Source: Acidobacteriota bacterium (GTDB lineage: Bacteria; Acidobacteriota; CAIWXX01). Taken from it: a stretch of DNA of 64,000 nucleotides. Within the stretch, counting starts at the first letter, position 1. Each line of letters opens with the position of its first letter. The translations under genes were made by a program, and so were the position numbers. The DNA lies in contig JBFMAF010000010.1 of assembly GCA_040755995.1 (NCBI GenBank), positions 96,001-160,000 of the forward strand. Reading direction: 5' to 3'. The notes beneath the pieces are model-generated. The model was given only the letters and a program-made list of their open reading frames with translations, was not told the origin of the DNA and did not search any database. Positions 30,336 through 41,007 of this stretch are shown here, in pieces.

Positions 30336-32855
30336 ATGCCGCTTGAGATTCGTTTCAACTGTCAACTGGCCGGCGGCGTGCACGCGCGTCCGGCGAGTGC
30401 TCTGGAAGAGCTGACGGCGCGCTTCCGATCGGAATTCTCCCTCGTCAACGAGCGGAACGGCTGCCGCGCCAACGCACGGAGTGTGCTGGCACTAGTGGCG
30501 TCCGATATCCGACTGGACGACGCTTGTCGCCTGGAGATAGCCGGGCCTGACGAACAGGAGGCCCATGCGGAGATGGCGAGGTTTCTGCGAGAACGTTTCC
30601 CGTGTTGCGACAACGACATTCCAACGGTCCAACCGCCGGGGGAGGAATTCAGCCTGCCGCCTGACCTCCGGGAAAGCACCATGACGTACTGGCGCGCCAC
30701 GCCTGCCGCCGCCGGGATCGGTCTCGGACGTATTGTTGAAATCGAGCCCTTCGAGCTACCCGAGACGCTGGCGAACATGCGACCCTTGGGCGCCGAGCAG
30801 GAGCGGAGGAGGATCGAGGAGGGGCTGTATGCGCTGAACGCAGCACTGGCCGAGCAAGCTGCGCGAATGCCTTCCGATGCGGCCGCCGGCATTGTCGCTG
30901 CGCATCAGGCAATCGCGCGGGATCCCGAGTTTCGGGCCAGCCTGATCGAGGCCGTCACCGCAGTCGGGCTGTGCGCTGCCCGTGCCGTCGCCGAGTCCGA
31001 AGCACACTTCAGCCGGATGTTGATGGCCACCTCCAGCGAGCTGCTGCACCAGCGCGTCCTAGATGTCCAGGACGTGTGCCGCCAGTTGCTGGACAAGATC
31101 TACGGCGAGGCCGCTCGGAGATCCGAAGCTCCACTCACCGAAGATGCCATATGCCTCGCCGAAAGCCTAACGCCGAGCCAGCTCCTGGCGCTGGACCGGC
31201 GCTATCTCAAGGGATTGGTTCTCTTCCAGCCAGGAACGACGTCCCACGTGCACATCCTTGCGCGTTCTTTCGGCATCCCCACACTGACCAGAGCCGTGGG
31301 GCTCACCGGCCGGCGCATCGCCGGCGAGCTTGCCGTGGTCGACGCCGAGATCGGACTTCTCGCCACGAACCTGGACGAGACGGCGCGACGGTACTACGCC
31401 ATGGAGCAGGACCGCCTGCGGCGTCGTCAGGCCCGGCTGCTCCGGCTTGCCGAGGGACCTGGCGACACAAGTGACGGCCAGCCTCTACAGATCGCCGCAA
31501 ACATAAGCTCGGCCGACGAGGCAGCCTGCGGCGTCGCCGCGGGAGCCGATGGTGTGGGGCTCTTCCGCACAGAGATGCTCTTCATGAACCGGGATCGGCC
31601 CCCCTCCGAGGGAGAGCAGTTCGAGGAGTACCGCAGGGCTCTGTACGCGGCAGCTGGCAAGCCCGTCATCATTCGCACACTCGACGCAGGCGGTGACAAG
31701 CCGCTGCCATTTCTCAACCAGCCGGTCGAGGCAAACCCGTTCCTCGGCTGCCGCGGCGTGCGGCTCTACCCGCGGCACGAGGCACTCTTTCGAGCTCAAG
31801 TCCGCGCCCTCCTGCGCGCGTCCGTGTTCGGGCCGCTGAAGATGCTCGCCCCAATGGTTTCTCACCTCGATGAAGTCCGGTGGATGAGACGAATAGTCGA
31901 GGAGGAGTCGGCGCGGATTCCCGAGACAGGTCAGCAGGGCAAACGTCACGTGCCGCTGGGAGTCATGCTGGAAGTGCCATCGATCGCATTCGCTCTGGAT
32001 CACTTCTGCCGCGAAGTGGACTTCTTCAGCATCGGGTCCAACGATCTGCTGCAGTATTTCCTGGCCGCCGATCGCGCCAACCCCGGCGTGTCTGGGATCT
32101 CGGATCCGTTGAGCCCCGGCTTTTTGCGCCTGCTCAAGAAGGCGGTCGACGACGTTCACACGCATGGGAAGCGGATTGGATTGTGCGGCGAAATGGCGAT
32201 CTCAGTCCGCTATCTGCCTCTGCTGGTCGGGCTCGGCCTTGACGAGATCAGTGTGGCCGTCCCGGCCGTGGCCGAAATCAAAGCAGCGCTCGCTCGCCTG
32301 TCGTCCAGCGACTGCTCGGAACTTCTCACCGCGGTTCTGCGCTCTCCGACGGCGCGTGAGGCCGCTGAATGTCTCGATCGGTTTCACCAGCAGTCGTGCG
32401 ACCCGATCGTGGACGAGAATCTGATTCTGATGAGCTCCGGCAGCCGCACGAAGGCCGAGGCGATCAAAGAGATCGTGGACAACTTCTTTGTGCAAGGACG
32501 AACCGATCGCCCGCGAGACGTCGAGGTCGCAATCTGGCAGCGCGAGTCAGTCTACTCGACCGGTCTGGGATATGGGATAGCGATTCCACACTGCAAGTCC
32601 GATTCGCTGCGGGCGGACACGATGGGGCTGCTCAGGCTCGATCAGCCCGTAGATTGGGGCTCCGTGGATGGCCAGCCGGTGAAGCTTGTGATCCTTCTCG
32701 GGCTTCGCGAATCCAGTCCCAAGGAGACTCACATGCGCATCTTCAGTCGCCTGGCCCGGCGCCTGATGCACGAAGATTTCAGGGCCCGCCTTATCGAGCC
32801 GTGCGATCCGGCATCGACTCTGAATGCGCTTCAGGAAGAACTGGAACTGGCGTGA
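30336..32855 (+). CDS. Multiphosphoryl transfer protein HPr-EI-EIIA (PtsA/FrwA-like)
   Basis: HPr GVHARPA; EI TSHVHILAR, GLFRTEM, RTLDAGGDK, ANPFLGCRG, FSIGSNDL, GLCGEMA; EIIA STGLGYGIAIPH. Confidence 0.93.
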   Translation: MPLEIRFNCQLAGGVHARPASALEELTARFRSEFSLVNERNGCRANARSVLALVASDIRLDDACRLEIAGPDEQEAHAEMARFLRERFPCCDNDIPTVQPPGEEFSLPPDLRESTMTYWRATPAAAGIGLGRIVEIEPFELPETLANMRPLGAEQERRRIEEGLYALNAALAEQAARMPSDAAAGIVAAHQAIARDPEFRASLIEAVTAVGLCAARAVAESEAHFSRMLMATSSELLHQRVLDVQDVCRQLLDKIYGEAARRSEAPLTEDAICLAESLTPSQLLALDRRYLKGLVLFQPGTTSHVHILARSFGIPTLTRAVGLTGRRIAGELAVVDAEIGLLATNLDETARRYYAMEQDRLRRRQARLLRLAEGPGDTSDGQPLQIAANISSADEAACGVAAGADGVGLFRTEMLFMNRDRPPSEGEQFEEYRRALYAAAGKPVIIRTLDAGGDKPLPFLNQPVEANPFLGCRGVRLYPRHEALFRAQVRALLRASVFGPLKMLAPMVSHLDEVRWMRRIVEEESARIPETGQQGKRHVPLGVMLEVPSIAFALDHFCREVDFFSIGSNDLLQYFLAADRANPGVSGISDPLSPGFLRLLKKAVDDVHTHGKRIGLCGEMAISVRYLPLLVGLGLDEISVAVPAVAEIKAALARLSSSDCSELLTAVLRSPTAREAAECLDRFHQQSCDPIVDENLILMSSGSRTKAEAIKEIVDNFFVQGRTDRPRDVEVAIWQRESVYSTGLGYGIAIPHCKSDSLRADTMGLLRLDQPVDWGSVDGQPVKLVILLGLRESSPKETHMRIFSRLARRLMHEDFRARLIEPCDPASTLNALQEELELA

Positions 32856-32878
32856 ACCTATATCGAAGGGGAGCAACA

Positions 32879-35800
32879 ATGATGCAAACCAAAGCCCGCA
32901 CGATTGGACTCGGGCTGACGCCCCTCATCTGCCTGCTCGCTTCGACGCTGGCTGCCCGCGCGGCGGTTGCGGAGGAGCGGCCCCTGCTGACGAAGGTCGA
33001 TCTTTCCAAAGACAAGGTGCTCTACGTTGTAGCCTATGCGCACCTCGACACGCAGTGGCGTTGGGACTACGCCACGACAATCGACGAGTTCATCCGGAAC
33101 ACCCTGGACGACAACTTCGGTCTCTTCGCGAAGCACCCGGACTACATCTTCAACTTCACCGGCGCAGCGCGCTACAACATGATGAAGGAGTACTATCCCG
33201 CAAGGTTCGAGAAGATGAAGGAGTACGTACGGCAGGGCCGCTGGCACGTGTCGGGATCTTCGGTTGACGAGGGCGACGTGAATGTTCCTTCACCCGAGAG
33301 TGTCATCCGGCAGATCCTCTACGGCAATATCTTCTTCCGCCGCGAGCTGGGTGTTGAAAGCACCGACTACATGCTGCCGGACTGCTTCGGCTTCCCCGCA
33401 TCTCTGCCGTCGATCTTCGCGCATTGCGGCCTGACAGGTTTCTCAACGCAGAAGCTCTCGTGGGGCTCGGCCGCCGGCGTCCCGTTCTCGATCGGCGTGT
33501 GGGAAGGGCCGGACGGCCGCGGTGTTGTTTGTGCTATGAACCCGGGGGACTACGCGGCCGGCATCAGCAGCCGTCTCGACACCGACCGGAGCTGGGTCAG
33601 ACGCGTGGACGAAAACGGCGAGAGATACGGCGTGTTCGCCGACTATCATTATTACGGCGTCGGTGACGAGGGTGGAGCCCCGGAGGAGAAGGACGTCGAA
33701 ATGCTCGAAGCCAGCCTCCGCAACCCCGACGCACAGGTCCGTGTGCTGCCGGCGGCCTCCGACCAACTCTACAAGGATCTCGCACCGGAACAGGTCCAGC
33801 GGTTGCCTCGGTACAAGGGCGACCTGTTGCTCACCGAGCACTCTGCCGGCAGCATCAGCTCCCAGGCCTACATGAAGCGATGGAACCGGAAGAACGAACA
33901 GCTCGCCGATGCGGCCGAACGGGCCGCGGTGCTCGCCGACTGGCTCGGCGCTCAGCCCTACCCGGTCGAGAAGCTTCAGCGCGCGTGGGCAAGGGTCCTC
34001 GGGAGCCAGTTCCACGACATCCTCCCCGGCACCAGCCTCCCGCGATGCTACAACTTCGCGTGGAACGACGAGGTTCTCGCCCTGAACCACTTCGCGGCCG
34101 TGCTGCAGGCATCGGCGGGTGTAACCTCACGCGCGATGGACACGCGTGCCGAGGGACAACCGCTTGTGGTTTACAATCCACTTTCAATTGAGCGAGAGGA
34201 CGTGGTGGAAGCGGTGGTGACGTTCGCCGGCGGGGCGCCGCAGGCGGTGCGCGTGTACGATCCGCAGGGCCGCGAGATCCCGTCGCAGATTCAGTCGAAG
34301 GCGGGGGACATGGTGACTGTGCTGTTCCTGGCTCACGTCCCGCCCACCGGCTTCGCCGTGTACGACGTACGCCCATCCAATCGCGCGAGTGCGCTCCGCA
34401 CCGGGTTGAGCGCATCAGGGCGCATACTCGAGAACGCGGCCTACCGGGTGACCGTCAACGAAGCCGGCGACATCAGCAGCGTAGTGGACAGGCAGAATCG
34501 CAACCGCGAGCTCCTGGCCCGTCCCGCGCAGCTCCAATTCCTGCACGAGCAGCCGAAGCGGTGGCCCGCATGGAACATGGACTGGACCGATCGACAGAAG
34601 TCTCCGGCCGGTGTAGTTGGCGCCCCCGCGCAGATCCGGCTTGTCGAGAACGGCCCGGTGCGCGTCGCGCTGGAAGTCGTCCGATCCGGTCGCGGATCGA
34701 TCTTTACCCAACATATCCGTCTGGCCGCCGGCGATGCGGGCCGGCGCTTGGAGATCAAGACGAGCATCGACTGGCAGTCCCAATCGTGCTCGTTGAAGGC
34801 GGCCTTCCCGCTGACCGTCCGAAATCCGCAGGCAACCTACAACTGGGGCCTCGGCACCATCGCGCGCGGCAACAACGACCCGAAGAAATACGAAGTCCCC
34901 TCGCACGAGTGGTTCGATCTCACGGACATCAGGGGTGACTACGGAGTTACTGTTCTCGAGGACTGCAAGTTCGGTTCCGACAAGCCCGATGACCAGACGG
35001 TTCGACTCACGCTGCTGTACACACCAGGAGTCCGCGAGTACTATCAGGACCAGGGAACGCAGGACTGGGGCCGCCACGACGTGCTCTATGCCCTCTACGG
35101 GCACAGCGGCGATTGGCGGACGGGTAACAGTGAATGGCAGGGCAGGCGCCTGAACCAGCCGCTCGTCGCTTTCCAGGTGCCTCCGCACGCGGGGCCACTG
35201 GGCCGAAAGTTCTCGTTGATGCAGGTCAGCACGCCGGAAGTGGACGTGCGTGCCTTCAAGAAAGCCGAAGCAGGCGGCGCTTTCGTCGTGCGCTTGCAGG
35301 AGCTGTACGGCCGGGCCGCCAGGAACGTCGGCGTCTCGTTCGCTGCACCGGTCGTCTCGGCCGAGGAAGTGGACGGCCAGGAGCGACGCATCGGCTCGGC
35401 ATCGGTGCGCGACGGCAAGCTGATACTGGATATGACCGCGTTCAGCCTTCGCAGTTTCGCCGTGGTTCTGGCCAGCCCGCTGGCGAGCCTGGCAGCGCCG
35501 GCGTTCCAGCCGGTAAGCATCCCGCTCGACACAGACGTGGTGAGCGCCGACAGCAATCGCAACGACGGCGACTTCGCATGCGGCATGACGATCCCGGCCG
35601 AAGAGCTTACTGCGACGATCGAGACGGAGGCCGCAACATTTGCGCTCGGCAGCACCACACCAGGCGCGTCGAACGCCCTTGTGTGCCGCGGCCAGCGGAT
35701 CGCGCTGCCTTCCGGCGGCTTCAACCGCATCTATATCCTCGCTGCCGCCGCCGAGGACGCCGACGGCGAGTTCGCGGTTGGTGCGCAGAAGACGCTGGTG

Positions 35801-36187
35801 CGCGTGCCCGCCTGGACAGGCTTCATCGGACAATTCGACAACCGCGTTTGGGCCGAGTCATTCCCCAGGATCGACTACAGAGGCGCGAATACCCTGGTGG
35901 GGCTGGCGCCGGGCTACATCAAGAGGACGCCCGTGGCCTGGTTCGCGACTCATCGTCACCATCCTGAGCGCGGCAACGAAGCCTATCGCTTCAGCTATCT
36001 GTTCCAGATCGAGCTGCCGCTGCCTGATGGTTCTACCGAGCTTGTGTTGCCGCAGGACGAGAGAATCAAGATCTTCGCGGTGACAGTCGCGCGGTCCGAG
36101 CGTGACCGGGTCGTGCCGGCGCAGCCGCTCTACGACGATTTCTCCAACCGCGGGCCGATCACGCTGCGGAGTGCCGGGGCACACTAG
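32879..36187 (+). CDS. GH38 alpha-mannosidase with signal peptide
   Basis: Signal peptide ending ARAAVA; AHLDTQWRW, MLPDCFGFP (nucleophile), YGVGDEGGAP, QFHDILPGTS. Confidence 0.92.
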   Translation: MMQTKARTIGLGLTPLICLLASTLAARAAVAEERPLLTKVDLSKDKVLYVVAYAHLDTQWRWDYATTIDEFIRNTLDDNFGLFAKHPDYIFNFTGAARYNMMKEYYPARFEKMKEYVRQGRWHVSGSSVDEGDVNVPSPESVIRQILYGNIFFRRELGVESTDYMLPDCFGFPASLPSIFAHCGLTGFSTQKLSWGSAAGVPFSIGVWEGPDGRGVVCAMNPGDYAAGISSRLDTDRSWVRRVDENGERYGVFADYHYYGVGDEGGAPEEKDVEMLEASLRNPDAQVRVLPAASDQLYKDLAPEQVQRLPRYKGDLLLTEHSAGSISSQAYMKRWNRKNEQLADAAERAAVLADWLGAQPYPVEKLQRAWARVLGSQFHDILPGTSLPRCYNFAWNDEVLALNHFAAVLQASAGVTSRAMDTRAEGQPLVVYNPLSIEREDVVEAVVTFAGGAPQAVRVYDPQGREIPSQIQSKAGDMVTVLFLAHVPPTGFAVYDVRPSNRASALRTGLSASGRILENAAYRVTVNEAGDISSVVDRQNRNRELLARPAQLQFLHEQPKRWPAWNMDWTDRQKSPAGVVGAPAQIRLVENGPVRVALEVVRSGRGSIFTQHIRLAAGDAGRRLEIKTSIDWQSQSCSLKAAFPLTVRNPQATYNWGLGTIARGNNDPKKYEVPSHEWFDLTDIRGDYGVTVLEDCKFGSDKPDDQTVRLTLLYTPGVREYYQDQGTQDWGRHDVLYALYGHSGDWRTGNSEWQGRRLNQPLVAFQVPPHAGPLGRKFSLMQVSTPEVDVRAFKKAEAGGAFVVRLQELYGRAARNVGVSFAAPVVSAEEVDGQERRIGSASVRDGKLILDMTAFSLRSFAVVLASPLASLAAPAFQPVSIPLDTDVVSADSNRNDGDFACGMTIPAEELTATIETEAATFALGSTTPGASNALVCRGQRIALPSGGFNRIYILAAAAEDADGEFAVGAQKTLVRVPAWTGFIGQFDNRVWAESFPRIDYRGANTLVGLAPGYIKRTPVAWFATHRHHPERGNEAYRFSYLFQIELPLPDGSTELVLPQDERIKIFAVTVARSERDRVVPAQPLYDDFSNRGPITLRSAGAH

Positions 36188-36223
36188 ACGGATGCCGCGG
36201 TGAACGTCTTGCGTCCTGAATAG

Positions 36224-38158
36224 CTACTGAACCTTCACGACCGAACGGACTGCATAGTGACCGAGCGTTTCTTTGATGGTCGTTTCCAGGGCCGTCTTGT
36301 CCGTGCCACTGGCGGCGGTCACGTTGACATGGGCGATCATACCCAGCCGTTTGTCGCTATCCACGTTGATCTCGAAGCTTGCCGCACCTGCGATCTGTTT
36401 CAACTCTTGGCCAAGGACTTGCTTCACCTGATCGAAGATCAGCGCTGGTTTGAATAGCTTGCCGACGGCGGTGAGCGGCAGCTTGTCGAGGATCACGATA
36501 TCTCTCGGGATCGCCGCGCGTTCGCCGATGCGTTCCTGGGCAAAGTGTTGCAGTTCTTCCTTGGTGACGGTGCTGCCCGGTTTCAGCTCGACATAGACTA
36601 CCGGCGTCTCGCCCACGCGCGGGTCGGGGCGGCCGACCGCGGCTGCCAGCGCCACCGACGGGTGCTGGTGCATGATTTCTTCGATCAAGCGCGGGTCGAT
36701 ATTGTGCCCGCCACGGATGATCAACTCCTTCTTGCGGCCGGTGAGCCAGAAGTAGCCATCTTCGTCCTGCCGCCCCAAGTCGCCCGTGTTGAGCCAGAGC
36801 GCGCCACCATCACCCGCATCCACAAAGGTGCCAATGTCATGGAATTCCTCGCGATAGCCGGAGAAAACATTCGGTCCGCGCAACAACACGAGACCGATTT
36901 CATTCGGCTCGCAGAAGCGCTGGAACTTGTCGCCGTCGACCAGCGCCGTGCGCATCTCCTCATAGGGGAGACGGAAGCCGATCGAGCCAATCCGGGCTTC
37001 GCCTGCTGCCGGGTTGACCGAGGCAACCGAGGTGCCTTCGGTCAGCCCATAGCCTTCGAGAATCTTGATGCCCGTCCTGGCAGTGAATTGACCGGCAACC
37101 TCTATCGGCAGGGCGGCGGCACCGCATGTTGCCAGGTTGACGCGACGGACGTTGCTATCGCCAATCGGAACGTTGAGCAGCGCCGAGAAGAGTGTCGGCA
37201 CGCCGTTGAAGAGGGTGCACTGGTAGTGGTCGAGGATTCTCCAGAGATTGGGAATCACCCCTTCGCCGCGAAATCCCTGTGGTGTGCCCATCACCACCGT
37301 GGCGCCCGCGCTCCAGCTGGCGAGACCAACGGCGATCGCACCGTAGTTGTGAAAGAGCGGCAGACCGAGGAAGTTGATGTCGTCGGCCCCGGCGTTCACG
37401 CTTTCGCCAACCGCCCAGCCATCGAAGACTTGGTTATGATGGGTCTGCTTGGCAAGCTTGGGGGTTCCCGTGGTGCCACCGGTGTGAAAATAGGCGGCGA
37501 TCTCGTTTGCCGCGATCCTGCGGCCGCTGGCCAACTTGTCCGACGGAAAGCGTGCCAGGGTCTTGTCGAAGTCGAGCACTCTGGCGCGCACGGGTTCTTT
37601 GCCTTTGCGCATTTGGATCAGCCTGACCAACAGTCTCTTCACCCCGTGCAGATAGTTCGCGACGTCAACTTGCAGAATGGTCTGGAGTGTCGGCACAGTG
37701 TTGACGACTGACGCCATCTTTTCCCACAGGTCAGTCTTGGGGAAGGGCGACAGCGTGACGAGCACCTTCGTCTGCGCCGCGTTCATGATTTCGGCGATCA
37801 CGGGGGCCTCGAGCAGCGGGTTTATCGGATTGGCGATGCCTGCGATCTCGCCACCATAGAGCGTGAAGTAGGTCTGCGGCAGGTTGGGCAAGACGTAGCT
37901 GACGGTGTCATTGGGCCCCACACCCAGGCTGTGCAGCATGTTGGCGGTCTGCGTCATCTTCGCCAACACGTCGTGATAGGAAAAGCGCACAAATCGCTCA
38001 TAAGCTGTGCCTTGCAGGAAGAAGATCAGTGCAGCCTTGTCGCCATACCGCTGGGCACAACGGGCAAAGAAGTCATATAGATTGGCCGGAAGATCGCGTT
38101 CAGCAAGCGGTTTCGCCTCGAACGCACGGACATCGTTGATCGTTCTGAATTGTGCCAT
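36224..38158 (-). CDS. AMP-binding acyl-CoA synthetase/ligase
   Basis: FHTGGTTGTPK, LPLFH, EGYGLTE, TGDLG, GRKKELIIRGGHNIDP, PLTAVGK. Confidence 0.92.
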   Translation of the reverse strand: MAQFRTINDVRAFEAKPLAERDLPANLYDFFARCAQRYGDKAALIFFLQGTAYERFVRFSYHDVLAKMTQTANMLHSLGVGPNDTVSYVLPNLPQTYFTLYGGEIAGIANPINPLLEAPVIAEIMNAAQTKVLVTLSPFPKTDLWEKMASVVNTVPTLQTILQVDVANYLHGVKRLLVRLIQMRKGKEPVRARVLDFDKTLARFPSDKLASGRRIAANEIAAYFHTGGTTGTPKLAKQTHHNQVFDGWAVGESVNAGADDINFLGLPLFHNYGAIAVGLASWSAGATVVMGTPQGFRGEGVIPNLWRILDHYQCTLFNGVPTLFSALLNVPIGDSNVRRVNLATCGAAALPIEVAGQFTARTGIKILEGYGLTEGTSVASVNPAAGEARIGSIGFRLPYEEMRTALVDGDKFQRFCEPNEIGLVLLRGPNVFSGYREEFHDIGTFVDAGDGGALWLNTGDLGRQDEDGYFWLTGRKKELIIRGGHNIDPRLIEEIMHQHPSVALAAAVGRPDPRVGETPVVYVELKPGSTVTKEELQHFAQERIGERAAIPRDIVILDKLPLTAVGKLFKPALIFDQVKQVLGQELKQIAGAASFEINVDSDKRLGMIAHVNVTAASGTDKTALETTIKETLGHYAVRSVVKVQ

Positions 38159-38349
38159 TGAGGCGCCTCCAGCTGTGTGGGATGACTGCTAGATCATAGC
38201 ACACTTGCCGCTGATACTGTCTGCTCGGGCTTCCAGAACAGTCGCCCCTCAGAAGGGGGCGCACTGCCTCCATCTCGGAACCTCCCCTGGTGCGTCGGCG
38301 TGAACTTCATGATGGGCGAAACGTATTCCTATTGCATGAGGAGGCAATC

Positions 38350-39495
38350 ATGGAGAAGAAGTGCCGGCTGTTTCTATCGACGTTCGCTGTCCTGGTGACG
38401 TCAGTAGCCCAGGTCAGCTCGCAGATCGTGACACTCCCGCCCGACGGTGACAACCAGAGGGCTTCCGTCAGCCAGTGGATCGGACTTGTCGAGGTCAACC
38501 TCACGTATCACAGCCCTGACGTGACGGCCCCGGACGGGACCGATCGCCGGGGCAAGATCTGGGGGCAACTCGTCCCCTACGGAATGACAGATCTCGGCTT
38601 CGGCACCTGCGGCGACCAGTGTCCCTGGAGGGGCGGCGCGAACGAGAACACGGTTTTCAGGGTTTCGCACGATGTCAAAGTCGAGGGACAGGCGCTGCCG
38701 GCGGGTTCATACGGCCTCCACTTCATTCCCGGTGAGAATGAATGGACCGTTGTTTTCTCGAAGAACTACACCTCGTGGGGCAGCTTCTTCTATGACGCCC
38801 GAGAGGATGCACTGAGAGTCGCCGCCAAACCTGAGAAGAGCGACTACCATCACTACTTAACCTACGAGTTCACGGATCGTCAGCCGAACCGCGCCACGGT
38901 TGCCCTGATGTGGGAGGATCTCAAGGTGCCCATCTCGATCACAGTGGACAACGTCAATGACCTGTATGTCGAGAACCTGCGCCGGGAGCTGCGTTCGGTA
39001 CCAGGTTTCAATTGGCAGGGCTGGCTGGCGGCGGCCCGGTTCTGCCTGCGAAACAAAGTCAACCTGACCGAGGCGCTGACCTGGGCCCAGAATGCGGTCT
39101 CGTTGCCCTTCGTCGGGCAGGAGAACTTCCAGACACTCTCGGTCCTCTCCCAGGTCCGGGAGGCCAACGGGAAGAACGCGGAGGCCAAGGCGACGATGGA
39201 CAGGGCACTGGCGCACCCTACCGCCGGGGCGATTGATATCCACCAGTACGGTCGTTCGCTGCTCGCCCAGGGCAAGAAACAGGAAGCACTCCGCGTCTTC
39301 GAGCTCAACGCGAAAAAGCATGCGGGCGCGTGGCCCACCGACGTGGGTCTGGCTCGCGGCTACGCGGCCGTCGGCGACTTCAAGCGTGCACTGAAACACG
39401 CGCGGCTGGCGCTCGTGAAGGCGCCCGACGAGGACAACCGAAACAACCTGCGACGGATGATCGAGAACCTCGAGAAGGGGGAGAGTATCGACTGA
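38350..39495 (+). CDS. Exported DUF2911-domain protein with C-terminal TPRs
   Basis: GAGGAGG RBS; signal peptide; ASVSQWIG, YHSP, IWGQLVPYG, WRGGANENT, LPAGSYGL; TPR-like helices. Confidence 0.85.
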   Translation: MEKKCRLFLSTFAVLVTSVAQVSSQIVTLPPDGDNQRASVSQWIGLVEVNLTYHSPDVTAPDGTDRRGKIWGQLVPYGMTDLGFGTCGDQCPWRGGANENTVFRVSHDVKVEGQALPAGSYGLHFIPGENEWTVVFSKNYTSWGSFFYDAREDALRVAAKPEKSDYHHYLTYEFTDRQPNRATVALMWEDLKVPISITVDNVNDLYVENLRRELRSVPGFNWQGWLAAARFCLRNKVNLTEALTWAQNAVSLPFVGQENFQTLSVLSQVREANGKNAEAKATMDRALAHPTAGAIDIHQYGRSLLAQGKKQEALRVFELNAKKHAGAWPTDVGLARGYAAVGDFKRALKHARLALVKAPDEDNRNNLRRMIENLEKGESID

Positions 39496-39916
39496 CCTGA
39501 GAGAGCGGTGATCACAGACACGACCGGCGTGCTGGCCAGGACGAAGCTCCGGGCTGCCGCTCGGAAACCCCGTCAGATCCGTCAGCATCGCACCCGCACG
39601 GGCGACTTATTCGGTATCTCCCGGCTATTGTGCGAGTCGACCGACGGCGCTTTCGATTGGTAACGGAGGCTGCGCATCAGCATCGCGCTGTTGACTTGCC
39701 CGTGGGAGGCGTCGTTGTTGTCAAGCTGATTCCATACGACAAGGACGTTGCCTGTGTTGGGGTTGACCACACACCTGTGGTTCGCTACACGTAGTCCAGT
39801 TCTTTCGCCAGCAGGACGCCTTCGGCGTGCTTGTTCTCGGTGCGTGATGAACGTCATCTGTGCATTCTGCAGGTGGTTCTTGCACTGGATACAGCGTTCA
39901 TGGGATAAGGAGATCC

Positions 39917-41007
39917 ATGAAGTTACCCCGCACTGCCGCTGTTGTTGTCGGTACAACCGGCGTGGTGTGCGCGGCAATCTCACGATCCAGCACGCACCCG
40001 GCCTTCCGCGAGCTTGTGACCGGCGGTTTCTCCGCGCAGAACCTGACCGCCGACATGCCGCGTGCTGCCACGGTGCTCCTGGATGCGTTCAAATCTCTCG
40101 GCTCGATCTATCTGAGCGAACATGTCATGCCGGTCTACGGCCTGCTCCTGCCGTCAGCACTGCTACTCGCGTGGGGGCTCGGCGACACCCGCCTTGCGGA
40201 CTGGCTGCGGGCTCGGCACCATCGCGGCAACCGTGGGGCCGTACTGCTCAGCATAGTGGCCTTTGCCCTGGCCTTGAGTGCGCACTATCTCGTCATCGGA
40301 CGTCGGCAGCCCGTGGGCGACGAATTCTGCTACATGTTTCAGGCGGACGTTCTGGCGGCCGGAAAACTCGTCGTGCCTTCACCGCCGGCTGCCGAATCGT
40401 TTCATTGCTGGAGCCTCATAAACAACGGCGGGTGGTATGCGAAAGTCACGGTCGGGTGGCCTGCGCTTCTGGCTCTGGGGAAGCTCGTGCGCACGCAAGC
40501 TCTGATAGGCCCTCTTTGCTGCGCGCTCACCATTCCGGTTATTTTCAGCATTGGCAAGATAGTCGCGAACAGGTGTAGCGGGTTACTGGCTGCGCTCTTC
40601 CTCCCGCTTTCCCCGATGTTCGTTCTGCACGGTGCAACCGATTTCCCGCATTCAGCCGCGGTGCTGTTCGGCTGCCTGTTCATCTATGCGCTCATTGTGA
40701 CTGTCGTGCGCAATGCGTGGCTGGCCGCCATCGGCGCCGGGATCTGCTCGGCATTCCTCCTCCATGTCCGGCCCGGTGACGGCACGGCCACCTTCATAGG
40801 CTCTCTGCCACTGATGGTACATGGATTTGTCGTATCGAGGGAAAGAAGGTCCCTTCTCAAGAAACTAGGCGTGCTCGCTGCTATCTTCGGAATGGGCATC
40901 GGCGCGCTCCTGTGCGTCAACTGGATACAGAACGGCGATCCGTTTCTGAGCGGATATCGTCTTTATGATCCTGAAGATGTTTGGGGCTTCGGGGTGAATG
41001 ACCACAC
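39917..41007 (+). pseudogene. 3'-truncated GT-C (ArnT/PMT-like) membrane glycosyltransferase
   Basis: AAGGAG RBS; multiple TMs; DEFCYMFQA, GWPALLA, VRPGD, GDPF..GY; after GFGVNDH the frame runs out-of-frame through another gene to a stop at 41089. Confidence 0.65.
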
